Source: Escherichia coli (GTDB taxonomy: Bacteria; Pseudomonadota; Gammaproteobacteria; Enterobacterales; Enterobacteriaceae). Taken from it: a stretch of DNA of 64,000 nucleotides. Under the pieces are notes generated by a model. The model ran no database searches. It was not told where the DNA came from and saw only the letters and a program-made list of their open reading frames with translations. Positions 9,224-18,663 of the stretch are shown here, piece by piece. Position 1 is the stretch's first letter. The number at the start of each line of letters is the position of its first letter. The DNA is taken from the NCBI GenBank assembly GCA_902499925.1, contig GCA_902499925.1_4130.1; one strand, given 5' to 3'. A program made the translations under genes and the position numbers.

Positions 9224-9820
9224 TTAATCACAGCTACCGGAACTGGAACTTGAGCTTGAATCACAGCTAGAGCTATCATATGAACCAGTATCAGCAGAAG
9301 AGATATATGGCGTTACGATTGCTGCGGTGGTGGCTGCTGTAATAATATGGGAAGTATGGTCGTGTGTACCTTGTTGTGGTTCATCTTGGACTTTGTTTTT
9401 ATTCTTCCCTTTAGTATAGCGAGCTTTCTTTGTAGTTTTGGTGTTCTTTGGTGCTTTAGTACTTTTCGGTGCTGCTTTAGGCTTTACTTCATTAACTACA
9501 GGAACAACAGTAACATTAACTTTAGGGTCAGATTCATCAAGTGCATTGTGAACATTCACTTGCATTTGAACTTCAACTTTAAGTTCTTCTTGTTCTTCAG
9601 GAATAACTTTTTCAGGTTCTGGTGTAACCTGATCACGTTTATCATTAATCATGAAGTTGATATTACGTTCACCTAGTACTAATAAAGTAACAATGGTGAG
9701 TACTGGGGTCAGTACTAGACTAAGTAGTACATAACCGATAACACTACGGTTGTAATTGTATGCAAGCATACCTGCAATGACTACACCTAGTACACTAATA
9801 ACTGCTGCGATTGTTAACAT
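9224..9820 (-). CDS. membrane protein with Lys-rich linker and Ser/Cys-rich C-terminal tail
   Basis: 198 aa; two N-terminal TM helices, KPKAAPKSTKAPKNTKTTKK region, tail SSSCDSSSSSSSGSCD. Confidence 0.65.
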   Translation of the reverse strand: MLTIAAVISVLGVVIAGMLAYNYNRSVIGYVLLSLVLTPVLTIVTLLVLGERNINFMINDKRDQVTPEPEKVIPEEQEELKVEVQMQVNVHNALDESDPKVNVTVVPVVNEVKPKAAPKSTKAPKNTKTTKKARYTKGKNKNKVQDEPQQGTHDHTSHIITAATTAAIVTPYISSADTGSYDSSSCDSSSSSSSGSCD

Positions 9821-10133
9821 ATTCTACTCCTTTGTATATAAATTTACCAATATCTTCGATGTATAAACAGATTCCACCTCGTTCATTTAACACAACCCAA
9901 TCACCAAAACCGCAACGAATGTTTTGTATATTAAATTCTTCAATACCATCCGGTGAATACGCAATGAATGGACATAAATCATCTGATATCCCATTTACAT
10001 AGTTATTACATATTAAATCAAATGTATGTGAACTATAAGAATTATCAGTACTGAAAATGTGCATTAATGAACTAGATAGAATTACTATTGTTTTTTCCCA
10101 CATTTTTAAAAAATCGTTATTCACAACAACCAC
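9795..10133 (-). CDS. hypothetical protein
   Basis: 112-aa ORF, 26-nt overlap with downstream gene. Confidence 0.5.
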   Translation of the reverse strand: MVVVNNDFLKMWEKTIVILSSSLMHIFSTDNSYSSHTFDLICNNYVNGISDDLCPFIAYSPDGIEEFNIQNIRCGFGDWVVLNERGGICLYIEDIGKFIYKGVEYVNNRSSY

Positions 10134-10181
10134 TCCATGTCAGTGTCGTAATGAAATTATATCACCGAATCAAGATATGTC

Positions 10182-10487
10182 TCATGAGATTCGCATTTCA
10201 TCCAGATATAAACTACATGCTTCGAAATTGTTGTCAGCACTTAAACCTAAATCAACCATCAGACCACAATGCGTTCCCCAGAATTTCTTTATGTATAGTT
10301 TTTTGCTACTATTACCTAAATCATAAACATATTCATTTTTAAATATACTTTTTAATTCTTCACATATACATTTTATTATCTTCATTAATTGATTATGATA
10401 TTCGTATGGTATTCCATCAAGTTCGTTAATTATTAATGCAAAACCATCATCATAGTACTTAAGTTTATTGAATGTTTGTATATCCAT
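10182..10487 (-). CDS. hypothetical protein
   Basis: 101-aa ORF abutting next gene. Confidence 0.55.
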   Translation of the reverse strand: MDIQTFNKLKYYDDGFALIINELDGIPYEYHNQLMKIIKCICEELKSIFKNEYVYDLGNSSKKLYIKKFWGTHCGLMVDLGLSADNNFEACSLYLDEMRIS

Positions 10488-10784
10488 TTAATATATAATC
10501 TCACTAGCTTCTATTGTGTAGACACCATCATCAGTCATTAATCTTACTGCAACTTTAATATTACTAGACATTCGTGTAACTATCAATCCAATAATTATAC
10601 CATTCTTTAAAGTACCATTATGGTATCTAACTTTTACTTCAGTTTTATTATCAATTAAGTATCTTCTAATTATGTGTATTTCATTTCTGAATAATTCTAA
10701 AAAAGCTTCACTATTTTCTTTATCTGACCCGTCTGAACACCAGTACAATAAATTTACTTGTTCAAATAATTTTTTTATATTCAT
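10488..10784 (-). CDS. hypothetical small protein
   Basis: 98-aa ORF, ATGA overlap upstream. Confidence 0.55.
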   Translation of the reverse strand: MNIKKLFEQVNLLYWCSDGSDKENSEAFLELFRNEIHIIRRYLIDNKTEVKVRYHNGTLKNGIIIGLIVTRMSSNIKVAVRLMTDDGVYTIEASEIIY

Positions 10785-11083
10785 AAAAATCTCACAGATT
10801 TAATATTACTGGTTACATGATTTACCCAAGTGTTATCGAACTTGTAAACAATTGTATTAAGTGATTTATGAAAATTAACCTCGCACACTAATGCCTTGGA
10901 ACCATTGATTGTACAGACCGTGGATGGTAAGTTGTTTGCTAATATCTCTTTTTCATCTAAACAAAGTGAACTAATACAATCATAATAGAGAGGTTCAAGA
11001 ACTTTTTCAGTACTGAGAAAGTCAAAAGAAAGATCATCTATTAGTTTTATGTAATTGAATAAATTTTGATAGTACTCATTCAT
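10781..11083 (-). CDS. hypothetical protein
   Basis: Track 10781..11140; ATG 11083 has GAGG 8 nt upstream; 100 aa. Confidence 0.5.
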   Translation of the reverse strand: MNEYYQNLFNYIKLIDDLSFDFLSTEKVLEPLYYDCISSLCLDEKEILANNLPSTVCTINGSKALVCEVNFHKSLNTIVYKFDNTWVNHVTSNIKSVRFL

Positions 11084-11327
11084 TGTCAATCCTCTTGAAT
11101 TTAGCATTATTCGAATAAGTATATGAATGTCCAAAATCATTTACACCATGCACATTCAATACACCGTCGATGAAATAGATTCGGTCAATGGTGAGTTCAC
11201 GTTTATAATCCGAATCATCATACCAGCACAGAACACGAATACCTTTGTACTTTGTCGTTAGCTCTTTTTCTAATGTAATTAAGTACTCGATATAACTTTT
11301 GAATAGCTCTAAGTCCTGCTCAAACAT
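11076..11327 (-). CDS. small helix+beta protein (KYxGxxV group)
   Basis: 83 aa; TTKYKGIRVLCWY. Confidence 0.55.
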   Translation of the reverse strand: MFEQDLELFKSYIEYLITLEKELTTKYKGIRVLCWYDDSDYKRELTIDRIYFIDGVLNVHGVNDFGHSYTYSNNAKFKRIDNE

Positions 11328-11587
11328 CAGTGTTCCTCGTATAATTCTATGTCATCAACTCCAACTTGGCGAATTGCAGTACTTCTTTTAAATGTACCTT
11401 TTTCATATAAACATACAGTTAAACGTATTTCACACTTCAATGCACTGTAATAAATCATATCAATAACACCATATGTTTCATACATTTCTACGTATACATT
11501 TCGTCCTAAGTACTTTTCTTCTAAATCAGTAATTAGACTATTGATAAGATTACCTATCTGTGTTATATCTGTGTGAAATTTATCCAT
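11327..11587 (-). CDS. small helix+beta protein (KYLGxxV group)
   Basis: 86 aa; EEKYLGRNVYVEMY. Confidence 0.55.
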   Translation of the reverse strand: MDKFHTDITQIGNLINSLITDLEEKYLGRNVYVEMYETYGVIDMIYYSALKCEIRLTVCLYEKGTFKRSTAIRQVGVDDIELYEEH

Positions 11588-11745
11588 TACAATAATCCTC
11601 TCACATAAAACATTGATGAAAATAGATAATCTTCAGTACTAGAATTTAGTAGTTTATCAAAACTATAATTTTTATGCTTATTTTCATACAAAGACATTCT
11701 GTAGTATCTTTCTATATTTTCTAAGTAGTCTTTTCGTAATAACAT
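11587..11745 (-). CDS. hypothetical small protein (52 aa, below track cutoff)
   Basis: ATG 11745 to TAA 11587-11589, forming a TAATG junction with the next gene (MLLRKDYLENIERYY...); no clear RBS. Confidence 0.35.
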   Translation of the reverse strand: MLLRKDYLENIERYYRMSLYENKHKNYSFDKLLNSSTEDYLFSSMFYVRGLL

Positions 11746-11775
11746 CTGTGTTGTTACATTCACTATAATGTACCT

Positions 11776-11807
11776 TAAAAGAAAAAGGGACCAATATATG
11801 ATCCCTT
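11776..11807 (-). terminator. rho-independent terminator
   Basis: AGGGAUC-AUAUAUU-GGUCCCU then UUUUCUUUU, after the stop of the pseT-like gene. Confidence 0.65.
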
Positions 11808-11812
11808 TTGTA

Positions 11813-12745
11813 TTAGAAATTTCCTTCTGCCACTTGGAAAACTTTCATCCCAAGTAGCTTACGCCACATGAATACAACTTGATTGCGGTCATCATAAACC
11901 TTTTTAACATCGTAATGATCAACCACATTTTTCATGTACAGGTCGAATTTGACAACATCATCAGGACGTTTATCATCAATGTCTCGCATAAACAATGCAT
12001 CGTAAGGAATACCCCAATTCTTAAGCCACTGTTCGGTATCAGCACGACACCCTTCAGTACGCCCACTCATGACGATAATCTTGCGTTTATGAAAAACTGC
12101 TTCTGCGATAATAGACAAAATAACTTCTTCGTCTGGTGTATCCTGGAGTACAGTACTTTCATCGAACGGATTACGCCCCCATTTATGAGCAAGAGTTCCA
12201 TCGATATCAACGATGATAGCAGCTTCGCGTGAATTACCATAGTAACCAATGTGTAATGCCTTACTATAATAGTACGTATCTGCCATTGTGTCAATGATAT
12301 CATCTTGTACTGAACGCTCACGCTGGAGATTATATTTCTTACAAAGTTTTACGAACTCTTTAATCTTAAAGAATTCATGAACATCTGCACCACGGTCTTC
12401 ATTAGGTACAAAATCATCATAGAAGTTCTTTTCTTTGTAATCATAACCATTATCTTTAGCCCACATTTTCCATTGATCACGGAAATGTGGTTTAAGGTTC
12501 GTATCGGATACGATGATGTTCCAACCATTCTCTGCTGCTGAATTTGCTGCACTGAACTGTAAATTAGTTACGTACTTCTCATTAGCATCATTGAATTTGT
12601 AAGCATCATGTGAACCAGCCATAGATTCACGAATATCATCACGGTTGATGTTGATAGTCTTGGATTTGGCTTTTTTAATCTCTTGCACTGCCCATGTAGT
12701 TTTACCACACCCAGGCAATCCAACTGTTAGTGTGATAGTTGGCAT
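11813..12745 (-). CDS. pseT: polynucleotide 5'-kinase / 3'-phosphatase (T4 PseT-like)
   Basis: 310 aa; N-terminal P-loop GLPGCGKTT, NRDD, SDTNL; C-terminal HAD phosphatase IVDIDGTL (DxDxT), VMSGR, DDRNQVV; collinear with T4 Pnk by eye. Confidence 0.9.
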   Translation of the reverse strand: MPTITLTVGLPGCGKTTWAVQEIKKAKSKTININRDDIRESMAGSHDAYKFNDANEKYVTNLQFSAANSAAENGWNIIVSDTNLKPHFRDQWKMWAKDNGYDYKEKNFYDDFVPNEDRGADVHEFFKIKEFVKLCKKYNLQRERSVQDDIIDTMADTYYYSKALHIGYYGNSREAAIIVDIDGTLAHKWGRNPFDESTVLQDTPDEEVILSIIAEAVFHKRKIIVMSGRTEGCRADTEQWLKNWGIPYDALFMRDIDDKRPDDVVKFDLYMKNVVDHYDVKKVYDDRNQVVFMWRKLLGMKVFQVAEGNF

Positions 12746-12748
12746 ACT

Positions 12749-13060
12749 TTAATCCTCTAAAAATTTAACATGCTCTATATTATGATAGGTGAGCCATTCC
12801 TGTGGCGTTCCCTTGCGTATTAAAACACCAATATACGCAATACCATTAATTAGACCATTACTATCAGTATTCACATCAACTTTCACAATCTCAGAATCAT
12901 ACCAGTGTTTGAATGTGTAATCCCAACATCTGACTTTCTTTCCAATAAGATTGTTCTTGTATTTGTCAATCATTTCATCAACGATTGTTTGTACTGAATT
13001 TTTAATTTCAGCTTCTACTGACTTTATATACAGTAAATTACTTTGTGCATTGTTTATCAT
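12749..13060 (-). CDS. small helix+beta protein (LIGKKV group)
   Basis: Track start 13078 is a TTG codon; ATG 13060 preferred; KNNLIGKKVRCWDY. Confidence 0.5.
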   Translation of the reverse strand: MINNAQSNLLYIKSVEAEIKNSVQTIVDEMIDKYKNNLIGKKVRCWDYTFKHWYDSEIVKVDVNTDSNGLINGIAYIGVLIRKGTPQEWLTYHNIEHVKFLED

Positions 13061-13274
13061 TGTATTTCCCAATCCCAAATCGCTTGGAGATTTTCACAAG
13101 TACAGATTCATCACAACGAATACTAGCAGTATCATTGGATGAACTGTACTTTAATGGGGTCCACTGTAATTGAGATTCTTCTAGGAACTTGATACATCTG
13201 AAATAATCTTTCAAGGAAAGAAATTTAACTACTGACATATCCTGAACAATACTATGCTGAACTTCAACTTTCAT
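13038..13274 (-). CDS. hypothetical protein
   Basis: 78-aa ORF. Confidence 0.5.
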   Translation of the reverse strand: MKVEVQHSIVQDMSVVKFLSLKDYFRCIKFLEESQLQWTPLKYSSSNDTASIRCDESVLVKISKRFGIGKYNDKQCTK

Positions 13275-13283
13275 ATGAACTCC

Positions 13284-13541
13284 TTATAGTGGGTCGAATT
13301 TATTTTCACGTTTCGATGTATAGCGAGTTACATCATGTATTCTCGGCTTAACACCTTTTGGTTTCCTTTTCTTCTTGTATTCAGTACTACTACACCCGAA
13401 AGTATTCTCGATTCGTTTCTTACTAATCTTCACACCTTTCTTAGAGCGTTTGTGCTGTAATTCATCGATTTCTTCTTGTATTTTCCTGAATTCTGTCGGA
13501 GAAAGGGAACCGTCATTTTTATACTTAGGTTTAGCCATCAC
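13284..13541 (-). CDS. small highly basic protein
   Basis: 85 aa, Lys/Arg-rich (KKRKPKGVKPR). Confidence 0.55.
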   Translation of the reverse strand: MMAKPKYKNDGSLSPTEFRKIQEEIDELQHKRSKKGVKISKKRIENTFGCSSTEYKKKRKPKGVKPRIHDVTRYTSKRENKFDPL

Positions 13542-13567
13542 TTCTCCTTGTGCTAGGCTAGATAGTA

Positions 13568-14710
13568 CTAAAAATCCTTTAGTACAATTTTCATGTACTT
13601 AATAAGAGTCTCTTTGTAATCGACTTTCTTATTGTTGTACATTGCAAAGGCCAAGCCCTGACGATTCAGTTCATTAGTTAAACACTCCTGAACCTTCTTA
13701 GCGAATTCCTTTCGCTCCAAGTGCTTGTGTTCCTTGACGAAGCTTTCAACTTCATCTTGTAAAGCATTATAGCACGAAAAGACTAGTTGTTCCATTCTTA
13801 ATATCTTTTGAGTAGCATATTCGTCAGTACTGAACAACTGTTTTAAATCATCACTCGAACCATTTAATACAGCTTCATATAAATGGGAATCGATTATAAT
13901 ACTGTCTTTCGTTAAATGCAAAGAACAATACCAGTCGGTTTTGATTTTGCACATTGTACCATTATTTAGGATGCACACAAAACCTTCAATGTCAAGCATT
14001 TTCTTAACTTCTTCAACACTTTCTTTGAATGTAGCACGAACAGGGAAAGTGTAATGAATATCTTTACCTGTCATATTAGTACTGTACTGTGCAAGGCATG
14101 GAAACTTATTACGTAATGCAGAACCACATAATAGTTCACCACTCTTGCGATGGCGAACGTTTAGTACAAATAATTGTTCAACCTGGTATGGTAATACAAT
14201 ACGGTACTCTGGACTTGTATACTCCAGATTAACAGTATAGCCCAAACGGTCTGCTTCGTCAATGTATTGATACAAATTTTGGTTCTCATTGAGAAGACGA
14301 GTACTGTTAATCGCATGGTCTGAATACAATGCAGTATGTGATTTACAACGAATTACACCATCATTATCACGGTAAGTACTGATTACTGAACCATCCAACT
14401 TAGGCATCACTACTGCAATGTCATCGAATGTGGTATCAGCAGGGAACATTGTAGCAGGATTTTCATAAGCATTGAAGAACTTTTTCATAGTACGAGCAGC
14501 ACAACGAATCATATCACCGTCTTCATCAATTTCCCACATAGAACCACGGGTTTCTAATGCATTGGGTTGCATGAAATCGGTATATGATGCTAGACGATAA
14601 CTGAATACACGATATGTTCCACCAGCAGGACTTTTATGATCCACATAAAAGAAAGCCTCACGGGTATTACATAAGTGCATTAAATCTTCATATATTTGTA
14701 AAAGGGTCAT
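13568..14710 (-). CDS. rnlA: RNA ligase 1 (T4 Rnl1/gp63-like)
   Basis: 380 aa; blocks shared with T4 Rnl1 by eye: TYRVFSY..ASY, ETRG, KFFN..ENP, adenylation motif MPKLDGS, IEGFV, KIKTDWYCSLHLTKDS, SDDLK. Confidence 0.9.
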   Translation of the reverse strand: MTLLQIYEDLMHLCNTREAFFYVDHKSPAGGTYRVFSYRLASYTDFMQPNALETRGSMWEIDEDGDMIRCAARTMKKFFNAYENPATMFPADTTFDDIAVVMPKLDGSVISTYRDNDGVIRCKSHTALYSDHAINSTRLLNENQNLYQYIDEADRLGYTVNLEYTSPEYRIVLPYQVEQLFVLNVRHRKSGELLCGSALRNKFPCLAQYSTNMTGKDIHYTFPVRATFKESVEEVKKMLDIEGFVCILNNGTMCKIKTDWYCSLHLTKDSIIIDSHLYEAVLNGSSDDLKQLFSTDEYATQKILRMEQLVFSCYNALQDEVESFVKEHKHLERKEFAKKVQECLTNELNRQGLAFAMYNNKKVDYKETLIKYMKIVLKDF

Positions 14711-14970
14711 TTTATTACCTCTATATCTACATCTGTGCCATAGTAGGAAACGTAACCATTATCTGAATTACATTGAATTGATAACTCTGATTCATAGTAT
14801 GTTACTTTGAACACTGTTAGAACTTTTTCATCAATTTTTCCCGTTAAATAATCCATTTCACGAACACGAACTTTGGTTCCTTTTGGGAGTTCTTGTGCAA
14901 TTTTATTAACAAGTTCAAAAGCAGCTTCTTCAAGTGTGTGCAACAATTGCAATCTATCTTGGATATTCAT
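14707..14970 (-). CDS. small helix+beta protein
   Basis: Track 14707..15015; ATG 14970 lies just after the upstream stop with GGTGGA upstream; LPKGTKVRVREMDY. Confidence 0.5.
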   Translation of the reverse strand: MNIQDRLQLLHTLEEAAFELVNKIAQELPKGTKVRVREMDYLTGKIDEKVLTVFKVTYYESELSIQCNSDNGYVSYYGTDVDIEVIK

Positions 14971-14971
14971 A

Positions 14972-15661
14972 TTATTTCCACCAAGTTGTATCACGACCAC
15001 CAGACAAAGATTCATTGTACTGATGTCTGAAATTAGTATTTGGATTATTTGTCATTGTACTAATAAAATCAAATTTAACATTCTCTTGAATGTAATTAAT
15101 AACATTATCTTTAAATTTAATAGTACTGAAGTCTAAATCTAAATGTTCATACAATACAGGATGACAAAACTCATGTGTACGCAATGATGGCATGGTATCC
15201 TTAATGTATTGCACAGTGTTAATCATTGCATTGTACTCAGGCATAGCACGCATCATCATTAGCTGAAAGTGTTCTTCCTCTGACATTGACTCATCCAAAT
15301 CAATAACTACTTCATCATTTTTAGAGTCATATACTTTAATGGAACTCTTTGTTGGATCAAGCATAGCCCACTCTGGATACAGGCATGTTTTCCAAAAAGG
15401 ATTATTGCACTGAAACATACTAATGAGATTTTGATTTTTATCAAAAATAGCAAATCCAAGATCCGAACTTGGCTGTACTTCACATACACAAATATCATAA
15501 GGGGAGTCTTCAGTACTGAATGAACCAACTACATTTGATATATGTGAATATGGAGTTTCTCTTGATTTTAATTCAAAGGCTCTCTCCATACGATTAACCT
15601 GTGGTTGTAATGTAATTACACCCCTCAGTACATATAAAATTCTATCTAAATCTTTAATCAA
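14972..15661 (-). CDS. hypothetical protein
   Basis: 229-aa ORF. Confidence 0.65.
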   Translation of the reverse strand: MIKDLDRILYVLRGVITLQPQVNRMERAFELKSRETPYSHISNVVGSFSTEDSPYDICVCEVQPSSDLGFAIFDKNQNLISMFQCNNPFWKTCLYPEWAMLDPTKSSIKVYDSKNDEVVIDLDESMSEEEHFQLMMMRAMPEYNAMINTVQYIKDTMPSLRTHEFCHPVLYEHLDLDFSTIKFKDNVINYIQENVKFDFISTMTNNPNTNFRHQYNESLSGGRDTTWWK

Positions 15662-16236
15662 AATTCTATCCTCGTATCGGTTAATTTCGTTCCGTCCATG
15701 TACTTAACAGTTATTTCAATGCGACGATCAGTACTCAATTTTTGAAGATCATTGTAGTACAATTTAAATTCTTCAAAGAACTCAAGTGGGGGAATATCGT
15801 ATAAAGTACCAATCTGGAAGTGCTCAGGTAATCCAAATTCCAATATATCAATCTTAGGCATAAGTCCATCTGCTGCTGCACCTTCTGGAGTACTGCTGTC
15901 TGCTATATAAAACATAGAATTACCATGACGCTGGATAACGAATATGCAATCATCTTCACTTACATAAATCATATTTCCAAGGTATGGATCGTTATCACAC
16001 AAATTATCATGGACGAGTTGTTGAACTTGAAGTAAATCTTTTATAATTCCCTGACCACTATCGTCAACTAGAATATGTAAACCAGAACAATCTTTGCTCA
16101 ACCAGCGGTATCTTGCATCACATCCTGATTCCATAAATGGATATTTTGAAAAATCCATATCAGTACCATTATAAAACCAATCGTACCACTCATTACGCAT
16201 AGTAATCAGCTTAGTACATAATTCTAATACATTCAT
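15658..16236 (-). CDS. hypothetical protein
   Basis: 192-aa ORF, ATGA overlap. Confidence 0.65.
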   Translation of the reverse strand: MNVLELCTKLITMRNEWYDWFYNGTDMDFSKYPFMESGCDARYRWLSKDCSGLHILVDDSGQGIIKDLLQVQQLVHDNLCDNDPYLGNMIYVSEDDCIFVIQRHGNSMFYIADSSTPEGAAADGLMPKIDILEFGLPEHFQIGTLYDIPPLEFFEEFKLYYNDLQKLSTDRRIEITVKYMDGTKLTDTRIEF

Positions 16237-16243
16237 TTTAGTT

Positions 16244-16546
16244 TTATCCTCTTAGTTTAATAATACTGGCTGGATAATCTACCATAGTACTATCTGGTAA
16301 TCCTATACAGTAATAAGGAAAATATCCCATCTTTATATTAATACCAATTAACATTCCAGTTTTATATGAAGTATTAATTTCATAGTGGTCGTCTATATCA
16401 ACCGCCAGTCCATATAAGGATATGTTACAATCCTTGATGTATCGTTCAAAGATTTTATACATTGATGGGTATAAAGTTCCATTGGATTCTCTTACTATAT
16501 CAGCCAACAACTTTATAGTACTGTTAATTAAATCTATACTAATCAT
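16244..16546 (-). CDS. hypothetical small protein
   Basis: 100-aa ORF starting just after terminator 16560-16584. Confidence 0.55.
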   Translation of the reverse strand: MISIDLINSTIKLLADIVRESNGTLYPSMYKIFERYIKDCNISLYGLAVDIDDHYEINTSYKTGMLIGINIKMGYFPYYCIGLPDSTMVDYPASIIKLRG

Positions 16547-16559
16547 CTTTGTACCTGCG

Positions 16560-16584
16560 AAAAAAGACCAGCAAACGCTGGCCT
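16560..16584 (-). terminator. rho-independent terminator
   Basis: GGCCAGC-GUUU-GCUGGUC then UUUUUU, after 16591..16872. Confidence 0.8.
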
Positions 16585-16590
16585 TAACAT

Positions 16591-16872
16591 TTAAATTATT
16601 TCATACAGACAATATACACCATCAACGCCATCACAAGGAAAATCAACATAGAAATTCACACTAACAGTATCATAATCAATCTCAGTGATGCGTCCGGTTT
16701 TACCTACACTCTTCACGAATAGGTCAGAGCCAAGATATACAAACTCAAACTCATCTGCATACTCTTTTATAATATCAGCAAAATCACAACCATATCTGGG
16801 ATCAGTATTAATAATCTCAAGATATAATGTAATGTATTGTTCGTATGACCATGTGTGTAGGTAAAAATCCAT
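16591..16872 (-). CDS. hypothetical small protein
   Basis: 93-aa ORF followed by a strong terminator. Confidence 0.55.
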   Translation of the reverse strand: MDFYLHTWSYEQYITLYLEIINTDPRYGCDFADIIKEYADEFEFVYLGSDLFVKSVGKTGRITEIDYDTVSVNFYVDFPCDGVDGVYCLYEII

Positions 16873-16881
16873 AACAGTTCC

Positions 16882-17619
16882 TTAGAAATATACCATACCC
16901 ATCAATTCTGAATCTTCAGGGCGAGTATAGCCTTGTTTCTTAACTTTAAAGTAGAAGGATTCATTGTCTTCTAAATTATAACGTTTCTTCAAGCAACGGG
17001 TATATGTCTGGCAATTAGGATGAACCCATTCATATATATGAACACCATCTTCATTATAACCATTTATACTACAACGGTTGCCTTCATGTTTCTTGTAGTT
17101 CTTGCTTTTCTCGGTAAATTCTTTTACAGCAGTAGTACTTGGTGATTTATATTCAAAAGGAACTTCAGTCATACGGAAATAATAATATTGATCGTCTTCA
17201 TCATATCCCAAGAGCACTGTGTTAGTTTCACGTACATTGTAATGATTCTTACTTTTCAATTCATTTTCATATATATCTTGAAGTACTTCTTCAAATACTG
17301 TAGTACTGTCAGCATTTGGGTTGGATACACCTGATACTCTTCGTTCAATAATAAAATCAGTATATTTGCGGTCTTCTGCAATGTCTTCATTCATATAAAG
17401 ACTAACGAACTTATCCTTGTACGTCTTTACACTGTATTGTTTACTTTGAACTTCGCTATATACATCTGCTAACATATTCTCCTGACCGCACTGCACACCA
17501 CTTACAGAATAAGCACATGCATGTTCAGCCATCACTGATGTTAACATTTGAAAATTTGCCATGTTTAATTCATTCGCCATCTCTGTAGCGAAACGGATAC
17601 GGTCAAGCACTTTCCACAC
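16882..17619 (-). CDS. hypothetical protein
   Basis: 245 aa; track start is a GTG 1 nt after AAGGAG; in-frame GTG at 17610 has better spacing, so the start is uncertain. Confidence 0.6.
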   Translation of the reverse strand: MWKVLDRIRFATEMANELNMANFQMLTSVMAEHACAYSVSGVQCGQENMLADVYSEVQSKQYSVKTYKDKFVSLYMNEDIAEDRKYTDFIIERRVSGVSNPNADSTTVFEEVLQDIYENELKSKNHYNVRETNTVLLGYDEDDQYYYFRMTEVPFEYKSPSTTAVKEFTEKSKNYKKHEGNRCSINGYNEDGVHIYEWVHPNCQTYTRCLKKRYNLEDNESFYFKVKKQGYTRPEDSELMGMVYF

Positions 17620-17650
17620 TCCTTGTGTTAGTTATTGTTCCTTATCCATT

Positions 17651-17678
17651 ATTATATCACTACTTGAGCTATCGTCCC
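17651..17678 (-). promoter_or_regulatory. possible promoter (GGGACG-16-TGaTATAAT)
   Basis: GTGATATAAT box in the 17620-17668 intergenic region; weak -35. Confidence 0.3.
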
Positions 17679-17953
17679 GCTTTGTAACAATAAAGATTCT
17701 CAAATTTAAAGTTCTCTATATCACATTCCTCACGAACTCGGTTCTTGTTCCAGAACAGAATACGAATCCTTTCATAATCACGATAAACACTAATAATACT
17801 TCTGTGTTTAGATTTGTAGTACTGCTGTATAACCTGAAGAGTTATATCCCTCAGCTTGGACTTAATTGGGTAAGACATATCATTACTAGTTGTTATGGTA
17901 TAAACCATCTTCATTGTTTCAGCAACAAGTACTTCATTCGATTTATTTGCCAT
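17669..17953 (-). CDS. hypothetical protein
   Basis: Track 17669..17971; ATG 17953 has AAGGA 5 nt upstream. Confidence 0.5.
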   Translation of the reverse strand: MANKSNEVLVAETMKMVYTITTSNDMSYPIKSKLRDITLQVIQQYYKSKHRSIISVYRDYERIRILFWNKNRVREECDIENFKFENLYCYKAGR

Positions 17954-18116
17954 TAAAATCCTTACAAACACTATGTAAAGTAAATCCTAAACCTACACCT
18001 ACGAATGGGAATAGTAAATTAATGTACCAGACATTCATTGTCGATAAGAAACAAATCCCACTTACGGTTAGTACTGCCAGTGAGAAAAGACTCCAGATAA
18101 AAAATAATGCTCTCAT
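17943..18116 (-). CDS. small membrane protein (57 aa, below track cutoff)
   Basis: ATGA overlap with upstream stop; MRALFFIWSLFSLAVLTVSGICFL...LLFPFVGVGLGFTL gives two hydrophobic helices. Confidence 0.45.
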   Translation of the reverse strand: MRALFFIWSLFSLAVLTVSGICFLSTMNVWYINLLFPFVGVGLGFTLHSVCKDFNGK

Positions 18117-18403
18117 AAAAATGTTACCTCGTTAGATGAGTAGTTACGATATATTTGTGAATTATGTTCCACACCATGAATTGTTATATGCCCGTTGTAG
18201 AAAAAAGTAACATCTACTACTTTTAGTTCTTTGCGTTTTTTAGTACTGAAATATCTACCAACTAACGCAGCATATATATAATCCCTGTACTCTTGAGTAA
18301 TGAATTTATACATATTATGATTTGCACTACACTTTTCATCATAAGTATTAGTATATTCTTTCATCAGTAGAGCATATGTTTTTTGTATTAATATGATATT
18401 CAT
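18113..18403 (-). CDS. hypothetical small protein
   Basis: 96-aa ORF. Confidence 0.55.
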   Translation of the reverse strand: MNIILIQKTYALLMKEYTNTYDEKCSANHNMYKFITQEYRDYIYAALVGRYFSTKKRKELKVVDVTFFYNGHITIHGVEHNSQIYRNYSSNEVTFL

Positions 18404-18663
18404 CTGTAGTTTAATATTGAAATGGGAAGACTATATATATGTGCGTAAAGTTTATCAACTCTTTCCATATTCACTTTTAAAGTACTTCCATAACGACTAA
18501 TGCTATCTATACGATAAAGCACGTCATTCAGCATCATTACGGTATCGGTGTAATCTTCACTAAGAGATTCAATGTAGATATCTTCAAGTTTCACATCCAT
18601 GCGTGGTATATCTAAATCCCTCAATAAACGCAGTGTTTGCACGATCAGTTCAGCTTTAGTCAT
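18400..18663 (-). CDS. hypothetical small protein
   Basis: Track 18400..18786 overlaps the zinc-ribbon gene by 131 nt; ATG 18663 (MTKAELIV...) reduces the overlap to 8 nt. Confidence 0.45.
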   Translation of the reverse strand: MTKAELIVQTLRLLRDLDIPRMDVKLEDIYIESLSEDYTDTVMMLNDVLYRIDSISRYGSTLKVNMERVDKLYAHIYSLPISILNYR

